DNA of 64,000 bases. Origin: Isurus oxyrinchus (Eukaryota). Below the pieces are notes generated by a model, which saw nothing but the letters and a program-made list of their open reading frames with translations, was not told where the DNA came from and made no database searches. Numbering within the stretch: the first letter of the stretch is position 1; every line of letters begins with the position of its first letter. The DNA lies in the NCBI GenBank assembly GCA_026770705.1, contig JANJGN010000005.1, positions 44,020,001 to 44,084,000 of the forward strand. Reading direction: 5' to 3'. A program made the position numbers and the translations under genes. Positions 13,701 to 25,700 of the stretch are shown here, in pieces.

Positions 13701-16700
13701 ATAACCCTGACTTCAGTGGCCATTGGCCATAGGAAGACAGCATGGGGTTGTTTGGGCAATGTAAAAATGTCACTTTGGTGCTGTAAAGGGGAGCTCTTCT
13801 CAGCTTTGGGCTGAGGTATGTTGTTGCAACAAAACACACTAATTGCCTAAAATACAGGCTTGGATTGCATTAACTGATTTAATTGCCGCTAAGTGTTAGC
13901 ATGGCGAGTTTGGGCAGCCAAGTACTAGCAGGTAAGTGACAGGGAAGGAGTAGGGCTGGTAGGAGGGAGGCTGGTAGAGGGGAGTGGGGGTTGCAGCTTT
14001 CTTTGTGGGGCTCTGAGAAGCCCCCTGCTCTTTCTGATCCAACAAAAGGAAAATTTCACATTCACCTTGGAGGACCTCTTCTATTTGTATATACCAGCTG
14101 CAAACCTCAACTTAGTGAGGACATTGTGGTGGTTCCATACACAAGCCCCAGGCAAATTAATGTCAGGGTCCTATTGACATCATAGTAAGTGCACGAGGCT
14201 TCAACCTGATTCTGGCAAACACCAAAACCAGTGGGAATTGAGCTAGAAATTGAGCTGCTCCATTTTCACTGCTCACCTACTCTGTTCCCACCTAGAACGA
14301 AGAGTTACAATTCCCTTTCATGCTTTCAGCATCTTTCAGGTTGCTCAGATCTCTTGTGGTAAAACAAAATGGCTGCCACTTGCCTGAAGCTGCACGGTGA
14401 TTGGTTCCACGCCCTTGAGAGTGTTCTTGTCAAAAGGGTCAAAGCTCTCTTCTCTCATGATGTCAGGGTGCAAAACATACCCACTCTTCCCATTCATGGT
14501 GAAGATCGCTTGGTTCAACTGCATGGGTTTGTCTGCAGAGAAAAGAAATTCCAAAACACTTTCAGATTCAAAGTTAATTCCTCTTTTACTATGTCAGTGA
14601 TTCTCCTACACAGTTCCCAGTATTTACAGTGCCTCTATTTTCTTTAGTTGGGATCTTCTCTGCCTAATATTGGAGTCCCACAAGGGTTAGTACTGATTTT
14701 CATGGGTGAATCTGGAAGGGAGTAAGGGAGTAAATTTCCATGCGCATTTTCCCGCTTATCTTCAGCCATGTAAATCCCACAGAAATGACAGAAAAGTTAT
14801 TCCTTAATTGGCAGCACTGCGCAGTTGGGAGCTTCGCAGCTGAATCCTATCAAGTTCTCACCGACAATAAAGACAGTCTCGCAAAGGGTCACCAAATAAC
14901 AATTGGGAACAAATCTTTAATCAGTTTAATCACCTTTCTAGCTGGGGAATGCTAAATCCAATTATAACACCCTAATACCCAGCCCATTTGAGCTCATTCA
15001 GCACAGACCAGGCTTGTCGGGCTTAGCTAATCACTGGATCAACTCACTGAGCCTTTCTAACCCATATGGCTCTGCTCCACATTTAGCAAAGAGCCACCAG
15101 AGGGCCTTCTCATATACTGGATATGTATATATAAAATATGAGGGACAAGTGTAAATGAAATTTATTTCGTGGTGGTGGAAGAGGTGATCAGATGACATTA
15201 CAAACTGTTTGGGCTATGGGTCAGGTAGATTATAGTTTACACCTTTGCTATAGCCATAGTCATTGTTTCTGTAATTATCATTCAGTCCAGCAGAGGGCGC
15301 TTCAGCCCACTTATTTAATTCTGAGCTGCACTTACAACAACAATAATAACCACTCTAACATAGAAAAACATTGCAGGACATTTCACAGATAGGATTGCCA
15401 AATATGATAAGACATGTTCCTAAAAGTTGCATTACCTGACTGCCCCCACAATGCTACTATTGGGGTGGCCCAGCATGGTGCAGCACCTCGCCATGGCAAT
15501 CACAAAGATAATACACTCTTCATTATCTGATGGGATGATTCTTGATTGTCAAATATTTTTATAAATAGTAAACAGAAGTCTCCAAAGAAAAAAAAACTTT
15601 TTATGTCCTTATGATATTTCTTCAGGGTTGGTTACAGGCCTATGTATTTAATACATAGACATTCCATTGGTAGCCCTGGAGGGATGAAACGCTATTCACA
15701 AAGGCGTAAGAAAGCATGGGTGCTGAATCAAAGAAGGAAAGAGTAGTAGTCCTGACCAAAATGTTGATTAAGAGCTGTGTTTTGGAGAGAAGCTGAGAGG
15801 AGAGGGAGAGTGATTTAGGGAAGGAGATACAGAACATTGGGCCTAGATGACTGAAGGGACAGTCACTAATGTTCGATTGATAGGATATTGGTAGCAGAAT
15901 TTTGGATGAGCAGAAGTTTATGGAGCTTCAAGGTAACGCAGGCACAGATGAAGTGGGTGATGGGCTGAGATAGGGGTGGAGGTGGGCAATATTATGGAAT
16001 TGCAGTTATTGTAACAGACTGACTATGGGTTTGGAAACTTAATTTGGATTCAAACAGATTGTTGAGGCTGCGAGTACTGAGACAGGTTAGAATCAGTGGC
16101 AAGGGTAAGGAGAATATGGTGGAAACCGAAGATGATGGTTTTGGTCTTTCCAATTTTTGTCTCAAGGAAATTACAATTTATAAATACTTTGCTGTCTGGC
16201 CACCCATCCGACATCTCGAGATAGTGGAGGTGTTGACAGAGATGGTGAAAACATAAGTTTGGGTGTCACCAGCATGCTTGTGGAAGGTCCCATTTCACCA
16301 AGGGAAAGCATGTGGATGAGGGAGAGGTGATGGGCTAAGTATGGATCCTTGGATGGTTCCTGAGATTATGGTATTGGGTTGGGAAGGGAAGTCATTATTA
16401 GAGATTCTCTGGCTATGATCGAATAGGTAAGGGTGGAAGCAAGTGTTGGAAATCCTACTGAGCTGGAAATCAGATGGAAGGGATTGGAGAATGATGGTGT
16501 CAATGGGAACGATGCTTTTGAGGCGAAGGGAAAGAATTTGAGAAAGGTACTTTGAGAAGGAAAAGAGAAGAAAGCTGGGAACAATGCTTTTGGGTATTGA
16601 AAGGAAAAAAGCTGAAAAGTATATTGAGAGGATGAAGGAAGGGAAGTCCTAAGCCCAGAAGATGTTGATTTATGGCACTTCAGTCTCACTTCCAAAGAAT

Positions 16701-19700
16701 GCTGTAGCTGCCACTCTCTCTGTGACTTCTACCAGGTGCTGAGCTGAGTGGGACATGTACAAAGAAAGACTTATACAGTGTCATTGATAACACATGTACT
16801 GCTGGCAAAGCTGCACCACTTCACAGCATCGGATACCGTGCTCCAGTGAAGAGCGTTCCAGTACTGCTTCTGACTGAACGATAACCTTCAACAGCCCATT
16901 GAAAATATAACATAGTAAACATTATTGTTAAAAATATTCTAGCAAAAAACCAGCACAAGCACGAGGGACTTGGTCTGTGTTGGAAACTTCTACGGTTCTA
17001 TAGAAGCGTTTTAACATTTTTTTTTAACAAGTTCTTTGATTGTTTTTGAACTTCTTGAAACACCCTCCCACACCATTTTATTTTAAGGGCAGGCTTTTGA
17101 AATTCAGAAATCCGAACTGTGGACTTTTCTGAATCAGATAACTGAATCTAAAAAGAGCTGAAAAAAATAAAGCCTCAATGCCAAAAACACACCGAGGCTG
17201 CTGGCTCCCTGTGCACGGTGTGGGGTAGCCTTGCCTCCTTTGGTTTTGAGAGATTGTAAGTCACTCTCTGGCATAGCTCGTCATAGTAAAGTTACCTGGT
17301 GTCTGAAAGTTGAGTGCGACCAGCTGGCTGCCGCAGATCCACATGGGCAGTGGGTCGTAGTTGGAAGAGTCCAGGCGTTGCCCCTTGGGGTAGACACGAC
17401 TCAGCTGCCGGTGGTTGTACTGAAGAAACTTCTTGCCCTTGCTTTTGTTGGCGTATTTTTCTGCCTTTGTTTCAGGGAAGGACGACATGTCTCTGTAACA
17501 GGCCTTGTCTGTTCCGATCTCTGCAGACGAGTCAACGCGAGGTCAGCAAAGAAGCACCAATATGGAGAGGGCTAATGAGGTACATCAATTCATCTTTTGA
17601 CAAGATTCATTGCTCATCAATGATATACTGACTTTCCCAGTACTTCATGACTCCTTCTATGTATTGTGTAACACAGAGAATATTTTACTCATTGGCCAGG
17701 AATTTCCTTGGAGCTTCTTGCATTCCAAGCCTGTTACTTTGGCAGACGGTGAGGCGGAAGCACTGTTTCCCACAACACTATCTCAGTGGAGCGGGAATGG
17801 CATTGTGGAAATTCTGCATTGGCTAGATTAGAGAATTTTGTATTCGTCAGGAGCTCTGAGGAAGATAGGGACTTCCATTTCAGATACTCAGTGTCAGCAT
17901 CGAATAGTCCCAGGTCAGAATGGCACTGGTTAAAGCAGAGTCAGGCTCGCTCCACATTACAGCAGCAATGGGCCTCAGTTTAAATAAGAATGCCCACTCC
18001 ACCAGCTAACCTGTGGGCCTTCTGAGTGGCAGAAACAACATGAGGTCAATGGGCCTATATTTCTGCAGAAGCTACTCTGCCAGCAGAAGAGATGTCAGGA
18101 TGATACATTTTGGATGGTTAGGAAGAGCTTCCAGCACCTCTGAGGGCACTTTAGCAGAATCTGGCTCAATACTTTTACAGGCTGAAAATCAAAGCTGGCT
18201 ACATAAAACCACAGCTTAAAGAGAGGCAAATTTTGCTGAAGTCATAAAGGATTGATTACCTCAGAGTAGTGAAGGTCTTTCAGAAGGCCTTACAGCATCA
18301 CCTGTCAGCACTCAGCTGATGTGAGTTACCGTAGGGCCTTTTAAGAGTGGAAAGGGCAGAATTCTCAGGCTAGCATGGAACTCCCCCTGTCAATCCCTTG
18401 ATGTAAAGGGCTTGGGTGGAAAATCTGGTCATGGCCCTCTACTGTAGTGGAAAATAGTAATCAGAAAAAAAATAAAGTGTTATTTGGTCAAACCCTATTT
18501 TCCTATCCAGGGTCTGGGTTTATTTCCAAGTGGCAGAGAGGGCTAAGAGAGGAGAGGTTGTTAAAGTAATGAAGAGTTTTGATCACGTGAATAGGGAAAA
18601 ATTATTCCTACTATTTGGAAAACCAGTGCTGCGGGGTTATCAATTTAAAATGATCATTCAGAATGAGGAGGAAGGTGAGGAGAAATCTCGATAGAGAGAG
18701 GGCTGGATTTTCATCATCAAGGCAGGTAGCAGGAGTTAGGAAATTTCCCAGATTGGTGCACTTGGGGATAAGTGCTGGCCAAGACAGAACTTTTGTTCCA
18801 GGTGCCAACAGGAGGCCACGGGAAACAGTATGGTGGCAGCCACAGGGGCTGTTTAAAAGGCCCACCTCAGAGCTCTGGGACTTCATCCCAGTTATAATAA
18901 AAGCAATAAGTTCCTCTAGCCCTCACCCCTCACCACCCCTCATACTCCCCATGCCCCACCTATGCCACTTCATGGCTCCTCACCCACCACCTATGTTCCC
19001 TTATACCTTCCATACCACATTTCGCCCCAACACCCACATCCTATCACCCCCTCATAACTTCCATGTCAAGCTATGGCATTTCCATGCCCGTTCACCTCCC
19101 ATACACTCTATTGAGCCAACGAACCCTATAGTGACAATGATATGTATTAAAAAAGCTTTAAAAACAGTTATTCATTCATAACTCTCCATTTTGTTATAAA
19201 TCTCCTTTGGCTACAGCCCAATAAAAGTGTCAATCATTCAGAACATTTAAAGTATCAATAGCAGAAACTGCAAGTACTTGAATCCTCCATCTTGTGTAAA
19301 TAAATATTGTGCAATTGACATAATAGATCACAGACCAAGAGCTGTCAAGAAAGCAATGTTTTCTCTGGAGCACAGCTGTTTCAACAGTCTAGTGGATGTT
19401 TGGGATCTCAGTCAAGAATGCATAATGAGGCTTGGTTGAGAGCCCAGACATCCATTTGTCAGGAAGATATAATAATCTTAAAATGTTATTGGAATTTATG
19501 GTGGAGTCATGGTGGGGTCAGTGTCTATGGGTCTATGTCTGTGTGTGCAACTCAATTGAATTAAAGGCAGTTGGTCTGAAGGCTTTGATGTAACAGAAGA
19601 TAAGCTAGATTTGAAATGTTGAGTAGGTAAACATAGGTGTAGAGGGAACATTTGCATTTTAAATAAGCCAGACTAGATTGATTTCAAAGGAGAGGTAAAA

Positions 19701-22700
19701 TGCTTCACCTAGCCAGCAGAAATTAAGAAACAGTGAGCAGGATCTTCCCCTTGTTGGGGGGGGGGGGGGGGGGGGGGTGTTGTGCGGGACCGGGTGCAAG
19801 CTGGCAGGTCCCGATCAGCGCCTCCAATTGGGGGCACTCCGTCATTTTACGTGGGCGGGCCTTAAGCGCTATGCGCTCCCTGTGCGGGCGGGAGGGGGGG
19901 ATTCCCTGAGTCTGGAGTGCGTTCTTTCACGCATGCACGCAAAGTAGCGCACTCATCTCCCTGAGGCTAGTGCTGCGTCAGGGAGATCGGCTCAGGTTTC
20001 AAACCTTGAATAAAGATGGGAAAAAGAATTATTGACATGTCCCCTCTTGTGACACTGTCACATGAGCTGGGACATGTCCATTACTTTTATTTAAAAAATT
20101 CTGGTACATTTTAAGTCCCTCATGAAACCTCATCCCGCCCGTGGATGAGGTTCATGTTTTTTCAGAAGCCCGCCTGGGCTCCCGACCTGTCCGCCAAACT
20201 TAAGGTAACACATGCCCGATGTCATGCCGCATCATTTAATGCATCGGTGAACAGGCCCCGCCCCACTCGCTGACCTAAAAATTCACCCCAGTGTGTTTAT
20301 TTTTCCAAAAGATTACTGGTAAAATTGGCACTATGAAAGATTTTTATTATTCAAGAGATAAAGTCCAAAGACATAGTGAAACAATGGGAATTTGCTTTCA
20401 CAGGGGAAAATATAGATAAAGGAGAGAGGACTGTGTGCAAGGGAAGGCATTCTAAGATCTAACAAGTGTAAATGCCTCCAGCATCTAAGCCTCAAGCTTC
20501 TGTCCACAAAGAACTGAAGTTAAGAAAACTCACTTTGAATTGGATTATTCAGGGTATCATGTTTCTTTGCCAGGGTCTTTTAACATCTATGTGTCTTACT
20601 GTTGCCTTAACGAAAGTGTAACTGGGAGATCGATTAACTAGGGGATTTAGAAGTTATCAAGGTACTCATTTGTAGATCTATGTATGTGCTTCAAATTTTT
20701 CTTCCATTAATAAAAGTTTAATTTAGTTTTGTAGGAAACCTATAAAGACTCAGTGGTCTTATTACTACTGAATTCAAGGCACGCATCTTGAAGTATATAC
20801 AAATTGCAAAACAAGTTGTGGCAGTTGTTTCAAGTTTCCTTCTGGGATTTCAGCAGCTTAACATTTACTATCAGATGCGCCTTAACACCATTAGGCAGTT
20901 GAAGCAGCTGTGAGCTGGATTGACAACTCTAGCTCTCCGATCTATTCTGTCAATTGCACAATATTCATCTGCACAAGATTAAGGGCAGGATTTTCTGGCC
21001 CCGCCAGAAAATCCTGACCAAAGAAATTTCAAGTTCTTGCAGTCTTTGTCATTGATATTTGAAGAGTCTGTATGATCAACACCTTAACTGTGCTGCAGTA
21101 TAGGAGTTTTTTTTTAAGAAAGTGGAAAGTTATGAATGGTGATTGTTTTTTAAAAAGCTTTTTTTAAGATGTACTATTGTCAGTATAGGATTCATTGGTT
21201 CTATTCAGGGTGGAATGGGCATAGAAGTGCCATAGATTGGCATGGGGGTATGGGGGCCCATGGGGTGTGGTGGTGGGATATAGCTTAGCACGGAGGGTAT
21301 GAGGGGCCATGGGGTATAAATGAAGGGGTAGAGTTTGGCATGGAGGGTATGAGGGGCCATGGGGTTGGGTGGAGGGGCACAAGTTGGCATGTGGGGGCAA
21401 GGTAACTTGAACTTATCTTTCAAAAGATTCTTCCAACTAGACTGGTTCAGAATGCTTCTGAGGGGCTGTGAACAATGAGTGCTGCAAAAGCTGGCCAGAC
21501 TCCATGAAAATTGCAGAGGACCAGGACATGCCTATCCCCACAATGGAGCTGGCCAGCCTGATAGTGCAGCATATGGGCTTGCGCCCTGCAGCAGCCCCCA
21601 CCCTTAAACTGCACTGGTTAAAATTAGAAATCCTAGGAATGAGGTCAGGAATCCCAGAATCAGGTTCTGGCCACCATTTTCACACTTTTATGGAGCCTCC
21701 CCGACTTCAAAAGAAAGATTTTCCCCCCATCGGTGGGGATGTGCAGGAGCAGGCGCGGGCGGGCGTGCCGCCATTTTATGTGGGCGGGCCAATTAAGGCC
21801 CGCCCAGCATGACGTCTGCCAGGAAGCGCGATGCGCTCCCCATGCGGGTGGAGGGGGGGATTCCCTCAGCCATGTGTGCGCTCTTATGTGCATGTGCGCG
21901 AAAGAGCACATTGATTTCCCTGAGGCTAAGTGCTGCCTCAGGGAGATCGGCTCCAAATTAAAATTTGCAATAAAAATGATAGAAAAATTTCCCTGACATG
22001 TTCCCTCATGTGACACTGAGTTGGGACATGTCCGTAACTTTAACTGAAACCTTTATTAAAAATTTAAATACTCTCATGAAACCTCATCCCGCCCATGGAT
22101 GTGGTTTCATGCTTTTTCTGAAGCCCGCCAGGGCTCCCGGCCTGTCCACCAACTTAAGATTGGACGAGCAGGTCCATTAATGATTTTAATTAGTTTCTCA
22201 ATGGCCTCAATAGGGCGTTGACAGGTTGGCGGGTGCACAGCTGACTCGGCTGCACCCCCACCGACCTGAAAATGGAAATCACGCGGGGTGACTTTGGGAG
22301 TTCCAGTTGACATCATCCTGCATCATTTTACGCATCGGCGAAAGGGCCCCGCCACCCCCACTCGCCGACCTGAAGATCCAGCCCCAGGAAAATCCAGCTC
22401 AGAGTGATGTTGGACATGGAATGTTTGGCCACAGGGAGTGACTGAGGAAGGCATCATTGCATCAGTGAATCAAAATTTGGATAAATATTTGAGAAGGCAA
22501 AGAGACCTGGAGAGGTCAGGCAGTGTGATTTGTTTTGGATTAGGCTAGTAAACAGCTGCATGATAACAGCAACTTGCATTTTTATAACATCAGGCAATCG
22601 GCCAAATGGCTTCCTTCTGTGCTGCAAACCTTAATGCTCCTAATAATGAGCTACATCAGGATGCTGCCTGGGCCTAGACAATAAGCTCAATACATTTTGT

Positions 22701-25700
22701 GCTGGATTAGGGTCATGTTAAATGTTAGTCTTGTCCGCATGACAATTTGATTTAAAGACCAAAGTAACTCAACAAAATAAGTTGCAAGATAAAATGACAG
22801 GAAATTGAATGTTTGCATCTGAATGGCTTGAGTCAAACTTACTTTCTTCATCAAAAGGCACAGGGCGGCAGTAGACGACCAGCTCTGACAATTCCAGTGC
22901 AATCTTCTTTCGCCTTTCCATTATTTTTCCTTCTTGCATCTGTTACAAAGAGATATAGACATTTAACAGCATTGTGGGAACAATGGCACCACCTCGACTG
23001 CAGTGGTTCAAGGAGAAGGCCTGCCACCACCTTCTCAAGGCAAATGCCAACTTTGCCAGCATAGCCCATATCCTGAGAATGAAAAGCAAATTTTCTTTTC
23101 TAATTGCCCTGTTCTAAGGGAGTTGATTCATTCTGGGGTATAGTTTCACTGGCACTGCCCATTCTCCAGTGCCTTGCCTAGGTGGCCATTCTACATGTAT
23201 GAATCTTGACAGGTCACTCAACCTTGAAACGCATCACCATGAGGTCCATCCTAGTCTCACCTAATGTCTACTAGCAGGTATTTTCTAGCAAGATCACGGG
23301 ATAGCAACCAGGAATGAGAACTCTGGCTGACTCTTCTCCTCTCTAGCTAGGACAATCTGAAGGACAGCAGGTCAGACCTTGATAGTGGGGATGTGAACAG
23401 CATTCCATTCCCTGCCTCAGAAGCATCAGAACCATTATATTCCTGTGGAATATTTCAGCATCTCAGTCCATACGAATCCTGATCCATTGCCTATCAATCC
23501 CATTCTCAGTCAGACGCATCCAGATCCTTTTTCAAGTTGATCACCTGGCTTCAGCTGCAACATGTATCACTTATCCAAACTCCCAGGGAAAAGACCTTCA
23601 GTTCTGCATGAAACATTTCATTTTAAATCAATATGCTTTAATTCACTGCTCACAGTTAAATACCTCACTGACATCATTCCACCCATGTCATTCAGTGTTT
23701 TAAAACCAGAATCTCGTTTTGTTTTCTTTTCTGCATTAATTCATCACACACACACCTAATCACACCCCCCCATACCCACACACCCAAACAGAAACACACA
23801 CTCACACACCCACCCACACACGCCCCCACACAGAAACACACACACACTGCTAAATCATACACACATCCAATCTCACAAACACACACACTAACACCCATCC
23901 AATCTCTCACACACGCACACACAATCTCTCTCTCACTCTCACACACACACACACACACACACACCTACACCCCCCAATCACACACATATCTACACACCCA
24001 ATCACACACACACACATATCCACCCAATCACACACACACACACACGCACACACAGCCCCACACCCAATTACACACACACCCACCCAATCACACACACACA
24101 CACCCAATCACACACACACACCCACACACCCAATCACACACATACACCCACACACCCAATCACACACATACACCCACACACCCAATCACACACATCCACA
24201 ATCACACAATCCCTGAATAGTGGTCAGGAATGAGATACTTACCCTTCTCTAACTCAGGGAGTTGTGTCAAACTGTAGCTGCCTGTGATGCCTGTCACTTT
24301 AAGACCAGTTTAACTGAGTAGGAGTCACGTGATTTGTTCAACCAATGTGTGGCTAGTGCAGAGGGAATAAATTCCAGGGAGCTTAGAGCCTTATCCTTGG
24401 AAAAGATGGCTGTATGAGGGGCTGGCTGTATACAAGCAGCCAAAGAAGCTCTCATGGAAATAAAATTCGTTTTGTTTAACCAAGAGGCCTCCCAGACTGT
24501 GTTTCTACACTAACTCAGCCATGCCATGGCTAAAATCAGCTAATTCAACAAACGGCAATACAACAATCTGCATTTATTTAGCACCTTTAATAGAGTAAAG
24601 CACTGCAAGGCATTTTACAGTAGATTTATCAGGCAAAGATTAACACTAAGCCAAAGAAGGAGACATTAGAACAAGCGGCCAAATGCTTTTTCAAAGCGGT
24701 GGGTTATAAACTGTGCCTTAAAGGAGGAAAAGGAAGTGGAAAGGTGGTGTGGTTTGAGGGGAGATTTCTGGAGCTTAGGGCCCAGGCATGGTGACCAATG
24801 GCTGGGGGAAGGAAATGGAGAATGGACAAGAGGCCATAGTTGGAGGAATACAGTTCCTGGAGAACTGTGTGGCTGGACATGGTTGGCGAGATGAGGCCAT
24901 GGACAGATTTGAACAGAAATATGCACGTATACCTATGTTCCTAGAGGAGATTGGTAAACAGGATTTGGTGTGGGGTTAGGATGTAAGCTGCTCCTGGTCT
25001 ATCTGGATCAGCTACTCACGAGTCAAACTCACAGCTGCCTGGGGAACCAGGTTAAAATTGTATTCTACTGCTAGAAAATAAACAGTTGCCACAGCCAGTT
25101 AGGCCTCATTTGTCACATACAGCTCCTTCAAGAATTGGGGAAAGAAAGTAGATGCAAATATATTCTGCTTTACTCAGTTGATAACAAGAATGAGTTCAAT
25201 TGTTTCAACATCTCCCAATGGCTTTTGTTTCACACTTACTCTGGCATCTGCATTCTGTGTTGCCTCCCTGATCTTGGCAGCCCAGTCATTCAGATCCTCT
25301 TGGCTATCTGCAGCCACGTCCAACATCTGCACAGGGTGGGACATTTGTTGGGAGTGGATGGTGAACACGTACTGCTTGCTTCCTTTCCCTTCCTTCTGAA
25401 TAACTGCCAAGTAAATACTGAACATGTTAATATGGTGCGAATAATCACAGGCACTCAATAAAGCATCTAAAATATCTTTGAAAAAAATAATTGGCTCTGA
25501 TTTTGGTTCCCTCTGCTTGGTGGAAACTAGGTGGGAAGGGCAGTGGAGGAGGTGGGCAGTGATGGCTTCTCAGTGAGTCTAGCCCTGAGTGGAGAAGGTT
25601 CGTGAGTCAGAAGAGGCTCAGCAGGTGGGTTTTTTAACAATGGGTTGTTTCCTCGTGAGGCAGGAAAGAAGAGGAGTAGTCCACCATGGGCTTCACAAGG

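Larger units (their letters stand above)
18700..22400. mobile_element. Foldback Harbinger-like element with nested insertions
   Basis: TIRs GGGCTGGATTTTC / GAAAATCCAGCTC, 3-bp TSD AGA, splits a CR1 remnant; diverged inverted arms about 18900-19395 and 20888-21400. Confidence 0.75.

Noticed and set aside
17231-17631. Plus-strand ORFs opposite PLCG exons (also 10125-10483, 14369-14647, 25135-25461, 54651-54902)
   Set aside because: Antisense shadows of real exons; no support for a nested gene.
23692-24107. Cys/Val-rich ORFs
   Set aside because: Translations of the CA minisatellite.
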